DNA from: Octopus sinensis | Taxonomy: Eukaryota | Length of the DNA: 64,000 nucleotides | Assembly (NCBI RefSeq): GCF_006345805.1 | Contig: NC_043001.1 | Location: forward strand, 18,538,001-18,602,000 | Direction: 5' to 3' | Shown here: piece after piece, positions 40,298 through 53,839 of the stretch | How positions within the stretch are numbered: position 1 is the first letter of the stretch | Layout of the letters: each line of letters begins with the position of its first letter | The notes under the pieces: model-generated | The model's database searches: none | The model's input: only the letters and a program-made list of their open reading frames with translations | Told to the model about the DNA's origin: nothing | Translations under genes and position numbers: made by a program

Positions 40298-40550
40298 CTG
40301 CAGTAAAAAATAAAGAATTCAATGTCAAAACAATGATTAAGAAAAAACGAAAAAAAACCCCTCAAAACTATCAAGAACATCTCCAAGTCCTTATTTACAT
40401 TTCAGGTGTTACTATATCTGCTATTGATGTTGTTGTCGATAGACTTGCTTAGTCCCAGGTCAAATCTAACCGAGCGAACACACCTGTAATCAAAGGTGTT
40501 CGAGCTGTGCTCTTCATGGCATTTTCTCGGGCATTACCTATCTAAGGTTT

Positions 40551-40775
40551 CATCTCAATCGAAGGAGAGGGGCTTTCTCCGTCCGGGTTGCTGATCCGTG
40601 GAATAAGCTGCCGGACGAGATAGTGAAGATGCCGACGACTGCTCGGTTCAAAGTCTCTCTTGACCAGAAATGGCCTGAACTTTTTGCATGAACACCCTCC
40701 CTGTACATAACTCTATGTCCCCCCTACATGGCCTTGCTTTTTGATTTTTGAGCCAAAAAATTAACTTAAGTTAAG
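40551..40775 (+). mobile_element. 5'-truncated CR1-type LINE 3' fragment (different family from 32440-37082)
   Basis: 40551-40691 translates HLNRRRGAFSVRVADPWNKLPDEIVKMPTTARFKVSLDQKWPELFA*, the typical CR1 ORF2 C-terminus, followed by a short 3'UTR. Confidence 0.8.
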
Positions 40776-41551
40776 ATTACATTATTCATCATTATATATT
40801 TCTAAGAGTTCGAGAAGGCTCCCTCATTGCATCATTTGTTTTTGATGCTGATGATAATGACAATGGTGGTGGTGGTGGTGGTGGTGATAGTGATGGTGGT
40901 GTTGGTGTTGATACTGATGTAAATATTGTGGTGAGTCTCCCCCGCTGCCAGCAAAGCAGTTAACAACAGCTAAGTAGATTCTACTCCAGAGAAAATTACT
41001 AATTCATGAACTACGTTTAAAGTAAAGCTTGAACAATAGGACTCACACCTTTATAGGGACAATGACAGGCGTTTATAAATATACAGAATTGAGTAGAGGA
41101 TACAAAAAAGGTTAAAACACAGTTCACAGAAGATTTAAAGAGGAGGCTACTCAACAAGCTATTTAGTGAAAGGACAATTACGACTCGAATCAAGAGAAAA
41201 CCTACTGAAGTGATGTTATTTGATCAATCAACTTACGAAAGAACACTTAACATGAAACGAAGCTTCTGTATTGTGTTGTAATTCCAAGAAGTTCATCAAA
41301 GTGAGAAAGGCCATAATTACTGTTTATGGATAAGTAGGAATAACAGAGATCGAATGACGGCAAACAAGCAAAACGGATCAGTACTCGTCAAAAGATTATC
41401 GGTAGGCTAGTACTCGCCAAAAGATTATCGGGCATGTGATTGCTGTTATCAGATACAAAGAGAAAATTGTTAATACGTAAACTATTAATTGCAATCCTGT
41501 TACAGACTACCCAAAACCTACAGGAAATGCCGATATGAAAACTCACGGGTA

Positions 41552-42050
<499 letters not shown>

Positions 42051-42701
42051 CTCCTGGTATACAAATTATCTTTATACTTGAACTACGAACTGTAAATCAA
42101 AAGTATAATTATTGTAAGAAATGGTAAGAATATCGATATAAGTCTTGGATGATCTGGATTTATTCTGGAAGGATTCTGGAACGCAAATAAGCTGTACAAC
42201 AGCGTACGCTAAATAAGCTACGAAGGGAACTGCAATCGTCTTCAGTATGTATATGGCATTAGCAGTGTAATTTTTCTGAAAGGATTTCTAAAAATACCGA
42301 ATAGAAAATCATATAGGAGTTAATTGATCTTCGGTTATTGGTATAGGAAGCGCCGTTTCTACAGGGAAGCTCTCGCCAACCTGCTGTAAAAAGAAAATAG
42401 ACACTAAACTCGATGTAGTGGATTGACTGACAGTAGATTGACTGACAACACTTGTCGAAAAATTAATAATTGTAGCCGACAAAATACAGGTCCTTAAATT
42501 ATTTAAATGATGAGTATAAACCGTTCGCATGTGACTTGAAAGCATTTCTTCAAAATCAATGCCAAGCAAACGGTATGGTAACTGATAATGTATCTGATAG
42601 GTATCTGATGGTGTCCCCATCAAGAAAACATCAAGAAGGCTGAGAAGTAGCATCGTTGAAATCGATTCATAATATAGTTAGTCTATAAGAAAGTGTTTGT
42701 G

Positions 42702-42950
42702 GAGGAGCGTGGCTTAGTGGTTAGGGTGTCAGCATCATGATCGTAAGATTGCGGTTTCGATTCCAGGACCGAGCGACGCGTTATTTTCTTGAGCAAAACA
42801 CTTCATTTCACGTTGCTCCAGTCCACTCAGCTGGTAAAAATGAGTAACGCTGCGATGGACTGGTGTCCCGTCCAGCTGGGGAACACATACGCCATAGAAA
42901 CCGGGAAACCGGGCCCATGAGCCTGGCTAGGCTTTAAAAGGGCGCATTTA
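42702..42950 (+). mobile_element. tRNA-derived SINE with a CORE-like body and tail type iii
   Basis: GGCTTAGTGGTTAGGG head, CTTGAGCAAAACACTT body, GCGATGGACTGGTGTCCCGTCCAG V-domain-like block. Confidence 0.75.
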
Positions 42951-43774
42951 TTATTTTATTATAAGTAAGTGTTTAACTCACTATGTCGCTCAGTTATTGG
43001 TATGCGAGTCACTACGCGTAGCTAAGTTTTCATCTGCTCGAGCTGATGCTCTTAAAAGATTGAATACAATTCGGGCCACACAGCTATTACAGAGAGTTAT
43101 ACTAGTCCAAAATAGAATTAGATTATCGAAGGCTGTATTTCAGCGTGATAACTTGTTTGTACCACTGTTCGTCCTGGCAGAAAACCATTTGTCGGCATTT
43201 ATGAGAAAATGCCAAGAATAAATTTTAGGAGCCACAGAGAAGAATGTGGCTGTCACTCAGAACGTTTTATGGCTGAGCTGAAGCTGCATTCAGGTAATGT
43301 TAACGACACTCTCACTGTACCCAGGAATGGAGTCTTGTTGCGATAAATGTCCATATTTGGGAGTTAATCGATGAAAGATAGTTGACTATATGAAGAATAT
43401 GGACACAGAGGGCCGGTCAAATAACAAGTATTTCAAATATCGTGGAATTGATGATAATATCCCTTCCGTCAGTATTGTGAGTAATAAAAGAATAGTTTAA
43501 AAGAGCTTTGAAATGTATGGAAATTAGGACAGTCCAGGTGACTTTTTCAGTATCAGTACTTGAACCAACATTTGAGAATTTACACAAGACACATGAAGAG
43601 ATTAGTGGTTTGATCAATCAAGGATAGGAAGATACTAGCCATTAAAAGTAACTTCTAAATCAGCAATGACACGGTAAGGATCTCTGCTAGACAGAGGGAT
43701 AAGACCAAAAACGGATAAATGGATTTCGAGCGCTACGTAGTATCACTCAACGCTCAACCTAAAAAATATTTTTC

Positions 43775-44157
43775 TACTCTAGGCACAAGGACCAAAATTT
43801 TTTGGGGAGGTGCCAGTCGATTAGATCGACCCCAATACACAACTGGTACTTAATTTATCGACCCCGAAAGGATGAAAGGCATAGTTGATCTCGGTGGAAT
43901 TTGAACTCAAAACGTAAAGACAGACGAAATACCTATTTCTTTCCTACCCACAAGGGGCTAAACACAGAAAGGACAAACAAGGGCTGACAAACAGATTAAG
44001 TCGATTATATCGACCCCAGTGCGTAACTGGTACTTATTTAATCGACCACGAAAGGATGAAAGGCAAAGTTGACCTCGGCGGAATTTGAACTCAGAACGTA
44101 ACGGCAGACGAAATACGGCTACGCATTTCGTCCGGCGTGCTAACGATTCTGCCAGCA
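43775..44157 (-). mobile_element. SINE family A unit joined to an older A-related 3' part
   Basis: Head at 44110-44157 and junction ...AAATAGGTATTTCG at about 43930. Confidence 0.85.
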
Positions 44158-44909
44158 GGAAGAATAACTTCTCCTTATCATCAGGCAAGTTAAGTATAGT
44201 TGAAAACTTTGTTGCGATAGAAAATATCGATTTTGCCAATCAATATGGAAGTTACCGCCTACATTATCAACAATTGTTCGAGCATATATGTATGGCACTG
44301 CCTTCCCATGATAGGACATCATGGCCGAAACTACTTTTCAATGCTGTCTATAGGAAGGATTAACTCAAACATGAAGATCATGCCAACGATATAGCAGAAT
44401 CAGAATGTATCTATACATTAAAAAATAAAATGGCGGAGTATTTAAAAGAAAAAGCTGTCCAGTTCAAACACAACAGTCTTGTCATTGTTCTATGGGAAAG
44501 AGAACAAGAGTCGTGCACTGCTGTAAAGGTCAGGTGTCTCAATAGATGTGAATGACCCCTAAAAAGTTGCGCAACTTAAAGAGAACGGAACTTACCGTTC
44601 TGTATTCTGGCTATAGATTCTCATTAGCACCTATTATTACATGTATACTTGTCTGTGTAAAAAAAAAAAAAAAAGACTCACATACAACTTGGAAATGGTA
44701 GCATTTTCCAAGAATGAACAAATGGAATCGATTCGTAACGTCTAAAATGAATCGATTAGTGTGGCAATGAAGATTTCTAAAATATTTTAAGAGATTCTCC
44801 GTTTGGAATTCCTAGAATGAGCATGCGCAGACAGTCACACATGTGCATAAACTATAATTCTACCCTAAAAAAGTTGCAGTTATAATTGATGCCTACGTAA
44901 CTGCATATA

Positions 44910-45620
44910 ACATACAAACATACATACATAATACATACATACATACGTACATACATACATACATACACACACACACTACATACATACATACACACACATA
45001 CATACATACATACATAGGAGACAGCTAATTCGAAGTCTACAGATCCAATCCATCACTGGAACTAAAAAATCTGTAAAACTTTCCAGAAGTTTATTATTTG
45101 AATATATATGAACAATGTCTAGATATATAACTATATGCATGAGAATACATACATAAAATAAAACACACAAAACTCTATACAAACATACATACATACATAC
45201 ATACATACATACATACATACATACACACATACATACATACTACATACATACGTACATACATACATACATAATACATACATACATACACATCATACATACA
45301 TACATACATACATACATACATACGTACATACATACACACATACATACGTACATACATACGTACATACATACATACATACATACGTACATACATACACACA
45401 TACATACATACCCTGTTGTTGATGTTGAAATTCTAATGAAGGAGCCTTGGATCTAGGTTAGAAACCGGTTCTTTCTCTATTGGCAAGAAATCTTGAATTA
45501 AAACTGAACAATGACATACATACATACAAACAAACAAACAACAAACAAACAAACAAACAAACAAACAAACATACATACATACATACATACATACATACAT
45601 ACCTACCTACCTACATACAT
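44910..45620. repeat. (ACAT)n/(AAAC)n microsatellite with short non-repetitive inserts
   Basis: Direct inspection. Confidence 0.9.
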
Positions 45621-46722
45621 ACATACATACAATATATATACGCGCATGTATGTATACGCGTATATATGTACATGTGTCAGAGCGTATATATATATGTGTG
45701 TATGTATGTATGTATGTATATACATGTCTACAAATATACATCTACATGTATGCATGTTTACATAACATATATACATACATACTTGTATGTATGCACCTGC
45801 ACGCACGCTCTCACACACTCATACAAACACGCACAAACGCACACACACACACGTATATATATGCATATTAACATGCGCACAGACATACGCATATATTCAC
45901 GCAGACAAATACTTTGAATTTGATTTAGTGTTTATTAAATAAAGTGTCTTTATATTGAATTTTAATTCGAAGTTTTGTAGCTCCACCGTTGAACAGTTTC
46001 AATAATTGACTTCAGTCCGTTCCATTTAATGGAGTATCACAAACAACGAAAAAATAAAACCAGAAAAAAATAATTATTATTATTGACACAAAATTGACTA
46101 TCAAATATATAAATCCGCTATAAACAATTAGGTTACTGCAAAGGTAAACAAAAGCGCCAATTGACAGCGGCTGTGGTTGCTTAGTAACCAGCATGCATGG
46201 CGTCTGTTTGATTTCGTAAGAGTTGACATTAAAAAGATGTGAACCGCACGAAATCAATGCATTGCTTGTGATGTGCGTTTAAGACGACGACGATGAATTT
46301 AAGATGATGATGATGATGATGATGAGGATGGTGATGGCGATGGTGGTGGTGTTGTTGCTAACGACGATGATAATGATGACGTTATTGGTAATGATGACGA
46401 CGGGAATTTTTGTTGATAAGGATGGTGACGATGATGATGGTGACGATGACGATGGTGACGATGATGATGGTGACGATGATGATGTTAACGACGATGATGG
46501 TGGTCGTGGTGATGATGATGGTGAAGATGAAGATGATATGGTGATGGTGGTGGTCGTGGTCGTGGTGAGTGATAATCATAATGAAGTTATTGACCGCGAA
46601 GGCGATAGTATTGATAAATGATTTTGATAACGACGATGATGATGAATTTGATGATGACGACGGCGATGATGATGACTATGATGTTAGCGGCAATGCTGCT
46701 GCTGTTGTTGCTTATAATATTG

Positions 46723-46756
<34 letters not shown>

Positions 46757-46886
46757 ACATATATATATTATATATATATCTATATATATCTGTATCTATA
46801 TATTATATATATATTATATATATATATTATATATATATATACATATGTATACATCTCTCTTTCTTTCTTTCTTCCCCCTCTCTCTC

Positions 46887-46917
<31 letters not shown>

Positions 46918-47064
46918 ATAATATATATTATATAACACATATACAATAATATATATATATATTATATATATATATATATATACACAATACATATATATAT
47001 ATTATATATATATATATATAGATATATATATATACATAATACACGTACCTACAACATATACATA

Positions 47065-47558
47065 CACATATATGTATAGAGACATATCTTCAGGTCAAGA
47101 TAAATAAGTATATATCATAACGCATATATGCAAACATAAAAAAAAACTGTCTGGTATATATGATATTAAAATGTTAAAATGAAGAAATTGCACAATGAAT
47201 TAATATAACATAATTAAACGCGTGAGTAAACAATAAAAATAAACCTCGGCGAAACTTAAGCTTAAATTTGTAAAACAGTCGAAAGATTTCTTAAAGGAGA
47301 AATCGAAATATGCATTAGCAGTGTAATACAAAATAACTATACGGTGTAAAGTCAAATTCAAATGCGACAGTCAAAATTTTCGCCGAGTTTTATTGTTTAT
47401 TGTTTACTCACGCACTTAATTATGTCATATTAATTTATTGGGCAATTTCCTCATTTTAATATTATGTATACCAGACAGATTTTTAAAATGTTTGCGTATA
47501 TCCGTTATGATGTATATATTTATCTTGATGTGAAGATATGTATCTTTAGATATATGTG
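47065..47558. mobile_element. MITE/foldback element with about 185-bp imperfect terminal inverted repeats
   Basis: 47065-47254 aligns to the reverse complement of 47377-47558 (e.g. gcgtgagtaaacaataaa / tttattgtttactcacgc; ctgtctggtata / tataccagacag), with a spacer of about 120 bp. Confidence 0.75.
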
Positions 47559-47599
47559 TTTATATGTACTGTAGGTGTATGTATATGTATTATGTGTGT

Positions 47600-49050
47600 G
47601 TATGAATGTATATATATATAAATTAGAGATAAAACCACTATTATGCAATTCGAACACTGATAGACATGAACCAAAACATAAATAACAAATAAAAAATATT
47701 TTTATAAAACTTATAACTAGATCGCAAAAAGTATAAAAATGAATAATCAATGTATAATAAGTAAAAAAACTACGTACGTTTCATGGCTATAATTAAATTC
47801 GAATTACAATTAAATTTAAATTTAATTGAAATGAATTCAATTTAAAATTATAGTCAATCTTCAGGTTAACAATAATAGTTAAATAAATAAGCAAATAGAG
47901 TTAAATAATATTTATTTAAAAAATAAATAAAATAATAATTAACTCCATTAACTAAATTTGAAACTTAAAACATTAGAATCAATTTCCTACAACACATTTA
48001 TTATGTTAAATATTTAAGGTAAAAAAATAGAGTAAATAGATAGAAAATGTATTTATCTGTGAAGATATAATTTAGCTTAAAAAACATTAATAAACTATAG
48101 AATATCTTTAACCTAGTTATACTCTAATATTTAATTACCAAACTATTTAATAAAACAATCACTATTAATATTTTTAGATTTTAGTTCGCATATAATAATT
48201 ATAAAATAATAAATACATAAAAATAAGTATCTAAATTATAATCAACGAATATAGTGATTAAAAATCTATATTTTTTCTATCAATAAACGTATAAACATAT
48301 AACCAATAAATAAATTAGTCCATTATTACTTACATTATTATAGATATCTTTAGAGAATATTTATGAAATACAATTTATGAACTGAAAAATTCCAAATTAA
48401 AAACGTATAACCTATCTTTATAAAATACTTATTATTACTATTATTAAAAACATTTTTACGATCTAGATCGCAAAGTGCCTAACTAATATCTTAAAATTTA
48501 CGTTCAGATATAATAATTATAAACTAATAATAATTAAATAAACGTACATATCTAAATTATCATTAACAAATAAAAAAAAATATAAATTCATATTTAACAA
48601 TCAAGAGTTATATAGAGTACAATAATATTTCTTAAATAAAAAAAGTTTGCTTATCTCTCAAAAAGCGTATCATTAACTAAAAAATTTAGTGTATCGCGAT
48701 TCTATTCCCTTAGTGACTTTATTCTCTTTATCTTTTAAAGCTAAAATATATTCGTAGTTTTCATTGATAAAACGTATATTTCCATCTGCTTGTTCTATTT
48801 CTGTAAACAACATAATTCCACGAGTTTTTATAAACGTTTAATAAGACATTTTCCCTTAGCGAAGACATGACACGATATAGGTAAAGAAATTTGAAAAATT
48901 GAAAAGAAAATACGAAACCGTTTCTTTTCTCTCCAAAACTATGTTACTATACACAAACTTTTCTAACATTTTTCTAACATAACGACTTAAATATATTCTT
49001 TAACCATATAACACAAGCTTTCTGTAGTTTTTTCACTCTTTTTTTATACA
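47600..49050 (-). mobile_element. Decayed AT-rich Penelope-like element (tentative)
   Basis: Hammerhead motif near its 3' end. Weak GIY-YIG-region remnants on the minus strand (GKCL near 48850, YILALKDKE at 48721-48753). No intact ORF. Confidence 0.4.
47768..47867 (-). ncRNA. Candidate type I (mini) hammerhead ribozyme
   Basis: Minus strand: AAC-CUGAAGA-[helix II, 10 of the first 12 positions paired, long AU-rich extension]-GAAAC-GUAC-GUA-GUU. Complete core, palindromic helix III (ACGUACGU), GUA cleavage triplet, 3-bp helix I. The 10.1-11.1 pair is U-U, a deviation from the usual pair. Confidence 0.55.
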
Positions 49051-49086
49051 TCCAACCACGTGCTTTCACATACCAACTCTCTCACC

Positions 49087-49124
<38 letters not shown>

Positions 49125-49162
49125 TAATATATATATATATATATATATTATATACATATACA

Positions 49163-49220
<58 letters not shown>

Positions 49221-50872
49221 CATACACGTATATATCTATGTGTATGTGTCTTTGTGTCTCTGTTTGTTCCCCCATCACTGCTTGAAAATCGGTGTTGGTG
49301 TGTTTAGATCCCCGTAACCTAGCGTTCGGCAAAAAACCCCGATAGAATAAGTACTAGACTTAAAAATAATCCAATCCTGAGGTTGATTTGTTTGACTAGA
49401 AACCTTTTAGGCGGTGCTCCAATATGGCCGTAGTCAAACGACTGAAACAAGTAAAAATAAAGAATATTATATATATATATACTTCACAGATGAAATCCAG
49501 ATATTTTCCGTCTTGAAGACACTTATCAATGTCCAAAAGATCATTCCATAAGGTAAAGAAAGGCTATAAGATGGATCAACTTGAGCAGGTATAGAAGTAA
49601 TTATGGAGATAAACAAATTAGACACATCGAATATATTCAATTATATTTAAATACATCAAATACAAAATATGTGTATATGTATACATGAAAAGCGAGAGAA
49701 AGCAAAGCGTGGAAACTTACAGAAGATAAATTTATATGTATAAATATATAGATATTTAGATTACTAGGTCTAGCTTACACAGAGTACAAACGACAGAGAA
49801 AATTAAAGGGGTGGATAAAAGGTGTTATAAGTCCGACAGCTGTTTCTGGGAGCTCAGCGAGCCATATTGATGTTGGTAGATTTAGTTCATCACAAAATGC
49901 GGCCGTATGGATGCATTTGACATAGAATGAGACGAGATTCCGTCATGAGGGTAGAGAAGATCTTACATTTCAATTCTTAATGCAGAGAAGTTCAAAGATG
50001 GAATGATTAAATGTGGAGAGCTAGGCGTATTATTAAGAGAAGGGGGACTGGGGGTTATTGAGAAAGATAATGGTGAAAAGAGAAAAGATAGTTCAGGAAG
50101 AGTGAGGGGTTAATAATGAGGCTAGTAAGGGAGTAGTAGTAGAGGTGGAGAGTAGGAAGATGAATAGGAGAGTGTGGTAGATAGTGTATAGATGGTGGTT
50201 TGTTGCGTTGAGTTTGTTAGAGTTTAGGGATGAAAACTATAGAATTATTGGTTGAGGTAGTGAGAAAACGAACGGCAAATGTTGAGGGAAGTAAAGTGTC
50301 TAGTTCAATGACGGAGGGAGATCACTAAGGTATATATAAAGGTGTGAGAGAAGCTTGAGGGAGGACGGATTGGCGGGGGCGGGGGGTGGGTAAGCTGGCG
50401 ATCAAGATAGCAGTGGTTTTTGGGTTTATCCCTTTAAGTGTTTAATATTTGTACTTGTACTATTTTTCGATCGTCTTGATCTCTGATAATCACTGGGTAT
50501 TTTATTCTTGGATGTGTACACAGTTCCGGGTACGATTCGGACTTGGATCTTTATTTCTAAACTCAATTTACGTATCACCCTTACCAACTAGGCTGCTTGA
50601 AGCATGTACAATTTGATATTGGTTTCTATTTTTTTGGTGAAGGTGGAAAACTAGTAGAATTGTTAGTACGTTGGCAAAATTCTAACTTCATTTCTTCAGG
50701 ATTTACGTTCTAAGCTCAAATGCTGATGAGGTCGATTTTGCTTTTCATCCTTTTTGGGGTCAATAAAATAAAATAGAATCAAGTTCTGGAGTCAATATAA
50801 TCGACTTGCTTCCCCCTCTAAAGATTGCTGGCCTTGCGCCAAAATTAGAAAGAATTAATATTCTTTACTCAC

Positions 50873-51081
50873 CGAACTTTAGCTGTGATGTCAAGACATC
50901 CCGTTCGTTTGATTCCGATCTTAACATGACCTTCGTTCTCCATAACAGCATAAGAACTGGCTGTGAATTCAACAACAGCTTTGTTACCATGGTCACTTAG
51001 GTCATCAGGTGTTTCGCCTTTGAGACTCGTTCTTGATTCTTGCACACACTCACGTCCACCTTGCTGGATACCAAGGAAGAT
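50873..51081 (-). CDS. NCX (SLC8A-like): Na+/Ca2+ exchanger internal exon (linker + N-terminal half of Calx-beta CBD1)
   Basis: Not in the ORF track. Acceptor tttcAG (51084-51082), donor CG|GTGAGT (50872). 209 nt, phase 0 to 2: IFLGIQQGGRECVQESRTSLKGETPDDLSDHGNKAVVEFTASSYAVMENEGHVKIGIKRTGCLDITAKV(R). VEF...YAVMENEG.V.IGIKR.G matches the Calx-beta A/B strands. The terminal CG joins the leading A of the next exon to give Arg. An in-frame alternative acceptor 18 nt further in cannot be excluded. Confidence 0.92.
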
Positions 51082-51274
51082 CTGAAATGATCATGTGAAA
51101 AATATTTAAAGAAACATACGAGGAATCTTAAATGAAACATATGAAGACATTAAAAGATATATGTGGATATTAAAATATAGATATGAGAATATTATATTGG
51201 GAAAAATATTAAAGAGAATATATTAAGAAAAAAATGCTTGAAGACAAGAAGAGAGAGAGAAAGAGAGAGGGAAT

Positions 51275-51314
<40 letters not shown>

Positions 51315-51976
51315 TAAAAAGAGATTGTAGATAATGAGATAGAGATAAACAGAGAATGAAGGAGAACAGACTTAATGGGGAGAAAAGGAAAAAAGAGAAA
51401 CGAGAGCAAAGAAAATAATAATTAAAAAAGTGAAGTAAAAACAAAGTAATGTCAAGAAGTAGAAATAGAATAGAATGAAATGAAGAAAGAAAGGAAGAGA
51501 GGAAAGAAGCAATAAAGAAAGGAAGAAACAAAGAAGGAAAGAAAGATAGAGGGAAAAATAGAAGACCGGAAAAACGTAAGAAAATGAACGGAGGAAGAAA
51601 GGCAAAGGAGGAAGGACAGGAAGAAAGACAGGCAAAGTAAGATAAGAAAAAGATTGTAAGAAAGAAAGGAAGAAAAGAGAAATGGAAATTAGTAAGCTAT
51701 GGATAGGATTTATGGTGTAAAGAAATATAAATATTAAAATATATGATTAATGATAGAAATTAGAATTATGAGACACGTCCTGCACTGGTGGGAAAGTTGG
51801 ATGTTGAGCAGTCAAATAATGGCTGCCATAAATAAAGGCCTTTGGTTCTTCAGTAAATGATGTACAGTTGTCTCCCCCTATTTATTTCTATTTATCATAT
51901 GTAATAATATTTATTACTAGTGACGGTGCTTCAGCATGGTCACAGCCTTTGGACTGAAACATATAAAAGAATATAG

Positions 51977-52008
<32 letters not shown>

Positions 52009-52235
52009 CACAATTTTGTGAAAAATAGCTTCGTTGGTTGTAGGTTCCGAGCACACCAAGTCACTGGTTCACTAGGTTTACTGATGGCGAGCGTAGCAAA
52101 TGCGAATCTGAGGAAGTCAAGTAAAATACATGTTAAGCAAAGTATTTTCGTTTGAAAGCAGCGGTTTATCGGTTTTGTTAACGTTGTTGACATATTTCGC
52201 CAACGTATATTACCGGAAGATACACAAAAGCGCGT

Positions 52236-52293
<58 letters not shown>

Positions 52294-52429
52294 TTGGCTG
52301 TCATGGTTTTACACCGATTTGATATTTACGACCATAGCCAACGACTGCAATTTGAAATTTGTCCACGCCGTTCATATTTTCACCGCTGAATTTCCGAGGC
52401 TATTTCTACCAATTACCGCCAAGCGAAGG

Positions 52430-52732
52430 TTTATTCCTACTCGAACCACGCTTGGCTCATAAGGGCCGGTTTCCTCGGTTTCCTTGGCGTATAGGTTCCC
52501 CCACCTGGACGGGACACAGGTCCGTCGCAGGTGAGCTGCAAGATGCAGCGGGAGAGAGTGAGAGAAAGTTGTGGCGAAAGAGTCAGCAGAAGTTCGCCAT
52601 TACCTTCTGCCGGAGCCGCATGGAGCTTAGGTGTTTCTCTCATAAACACACACATCGCCTGGTCTGAGATTCGAAGTCGCGATCCCTCGAATGCGAGTCC
52701 GCTACTCTAACCACTAGGCCATGTGCCTCCAC
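52430..52732 (-). mobile_element. SINE family C, tail type iii (V-domain-like)
   Basis: C head/body joined to CTGCGACGGACCTGTGTCCCGTCCAGG..., which is shared with 42702-42950. Confidence 0.8.
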
Positions 52733-52920
52733 CCAAGCGTAGGTAAGCGTTTTCAAATGTGATCGTTTGGTTTGGTTTTATACACCATTATGTGTAAAGA
52801 ATTTGCACATTATATTTTCTTATCCAATATCTACTGAAGTGGTAAATTATATTTTAATTAGAAGTGTTATTTCGCTACTTCAAGTAATATTTTGTCATTT
52901 AACAGTGGTTATAAGCAATG

Positions 52921-52958
<38 letters not shown>

Positions 52959-53230
52959 ACACACACACACACTTGTATAATAACAAAGTGCCGTTTCAGA
53001 TAAAGTGAAATTAATGTCACTATTTGTTCAAATAAATTATTACGTCAGCTTGTAACTAGAAAATAAAAACAATTATTCGCCGAATGGAAGATTGAAAGAT
53101 CAGAACTAGTGTTTGCAGGGCTATGAATTTGCCTGCATCGACTCAAAACGACCTTCTTGAAGAAATTAGAGACAAGAAAAGAATTCAGTACAGCAAATTT
53201 CTTGAATAAATGTGACGTACGTCAGTTACT

Positions 53231-53816
53231 TATTTCTTTATTGCCCACAAGGGGCTAAACACAGAGGGGACAAACAAGGACAGACAAAGGGATTAAGTCG
53301 ATTATATCGACACAAGTGCGTAACTGGTGCTTAATTTATCGACCCCGAAAGGATGAAAGGCGGAATTTGAGCTCAGAACACGAAGACAGACGAAATACCT
53401 ATTTCTTTACTACCCACAAGGGGCTAAACACAGAGAGGACAAACAAGGACAGACAAAGGGCTTAAGTCGATTATATCGATCCCAGTGCGTAACTTGTACT
53501 TATTTAATCGATTCCGAAAGGATGAAAGGCAAAGTCGACCTCGGCGGAATTTGAACTCAGAACGTAGTGGCAGACGAAATACCTATTTCTTTACTACCCA
53601 CAAGGGACTAAACACAGAGGAGACAAACAAGGACAGACAAACAGATTAAGTCGAATACATCGACCCCAGTGCGTAACTGGTACTTATTTAATCGACCCCG
53701 AAAGGATGGAAAGCAAAGTCGACCTCGGCGGAATTTGAACTCAGAACATAACGGCAGACAAAATACCGCTAAGCATTTCTCCCGGCGTGTTAACGTTTCT
53801 GCCAGCTCGCCGCCTT
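53231..53816 (-). mobile_element. SINE family A, three units
   Basis: Flanked by an imperfect 22-bp duplication (19/22 identical) at 53209-53230 and 53817-53838. Confidence 0.9.
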
Positions 53817-53839
53817 AATGCGACGGATGTCAGTTACTC

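Noticed and set aside
42309-42400. Acceptor-like tttttacagcag at about 42380 (-) as an extra NCX exon
   Set aside because: Reading frames stop quickly, there is no NCX similarity, and the flanking exons already join in frame.
44161-44560. Nearly open plus-strand frame after the SINE
   Set aside because: Interrupted by a stop and no recognisable domain; possibly an old TE remnant.
47600-49050. Possible mitochondrial insertion (NUMT) because of extreme AT content
   Set aside because: No conserved 12S/16S motifs or mitochondrial protein motifs were recognised; the hammerhead and weak endonuclease remnants fit a Penelope-like element better. A BLASTN against cephalopod mtDNA would settle it.
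53231-53816. Regularly spaced about 180-bp repeats as a CRISPR-like array
   Set aside because: The units are contiguous with no unique spacers; they are a multimeric SINE in a eukaryotic intron.
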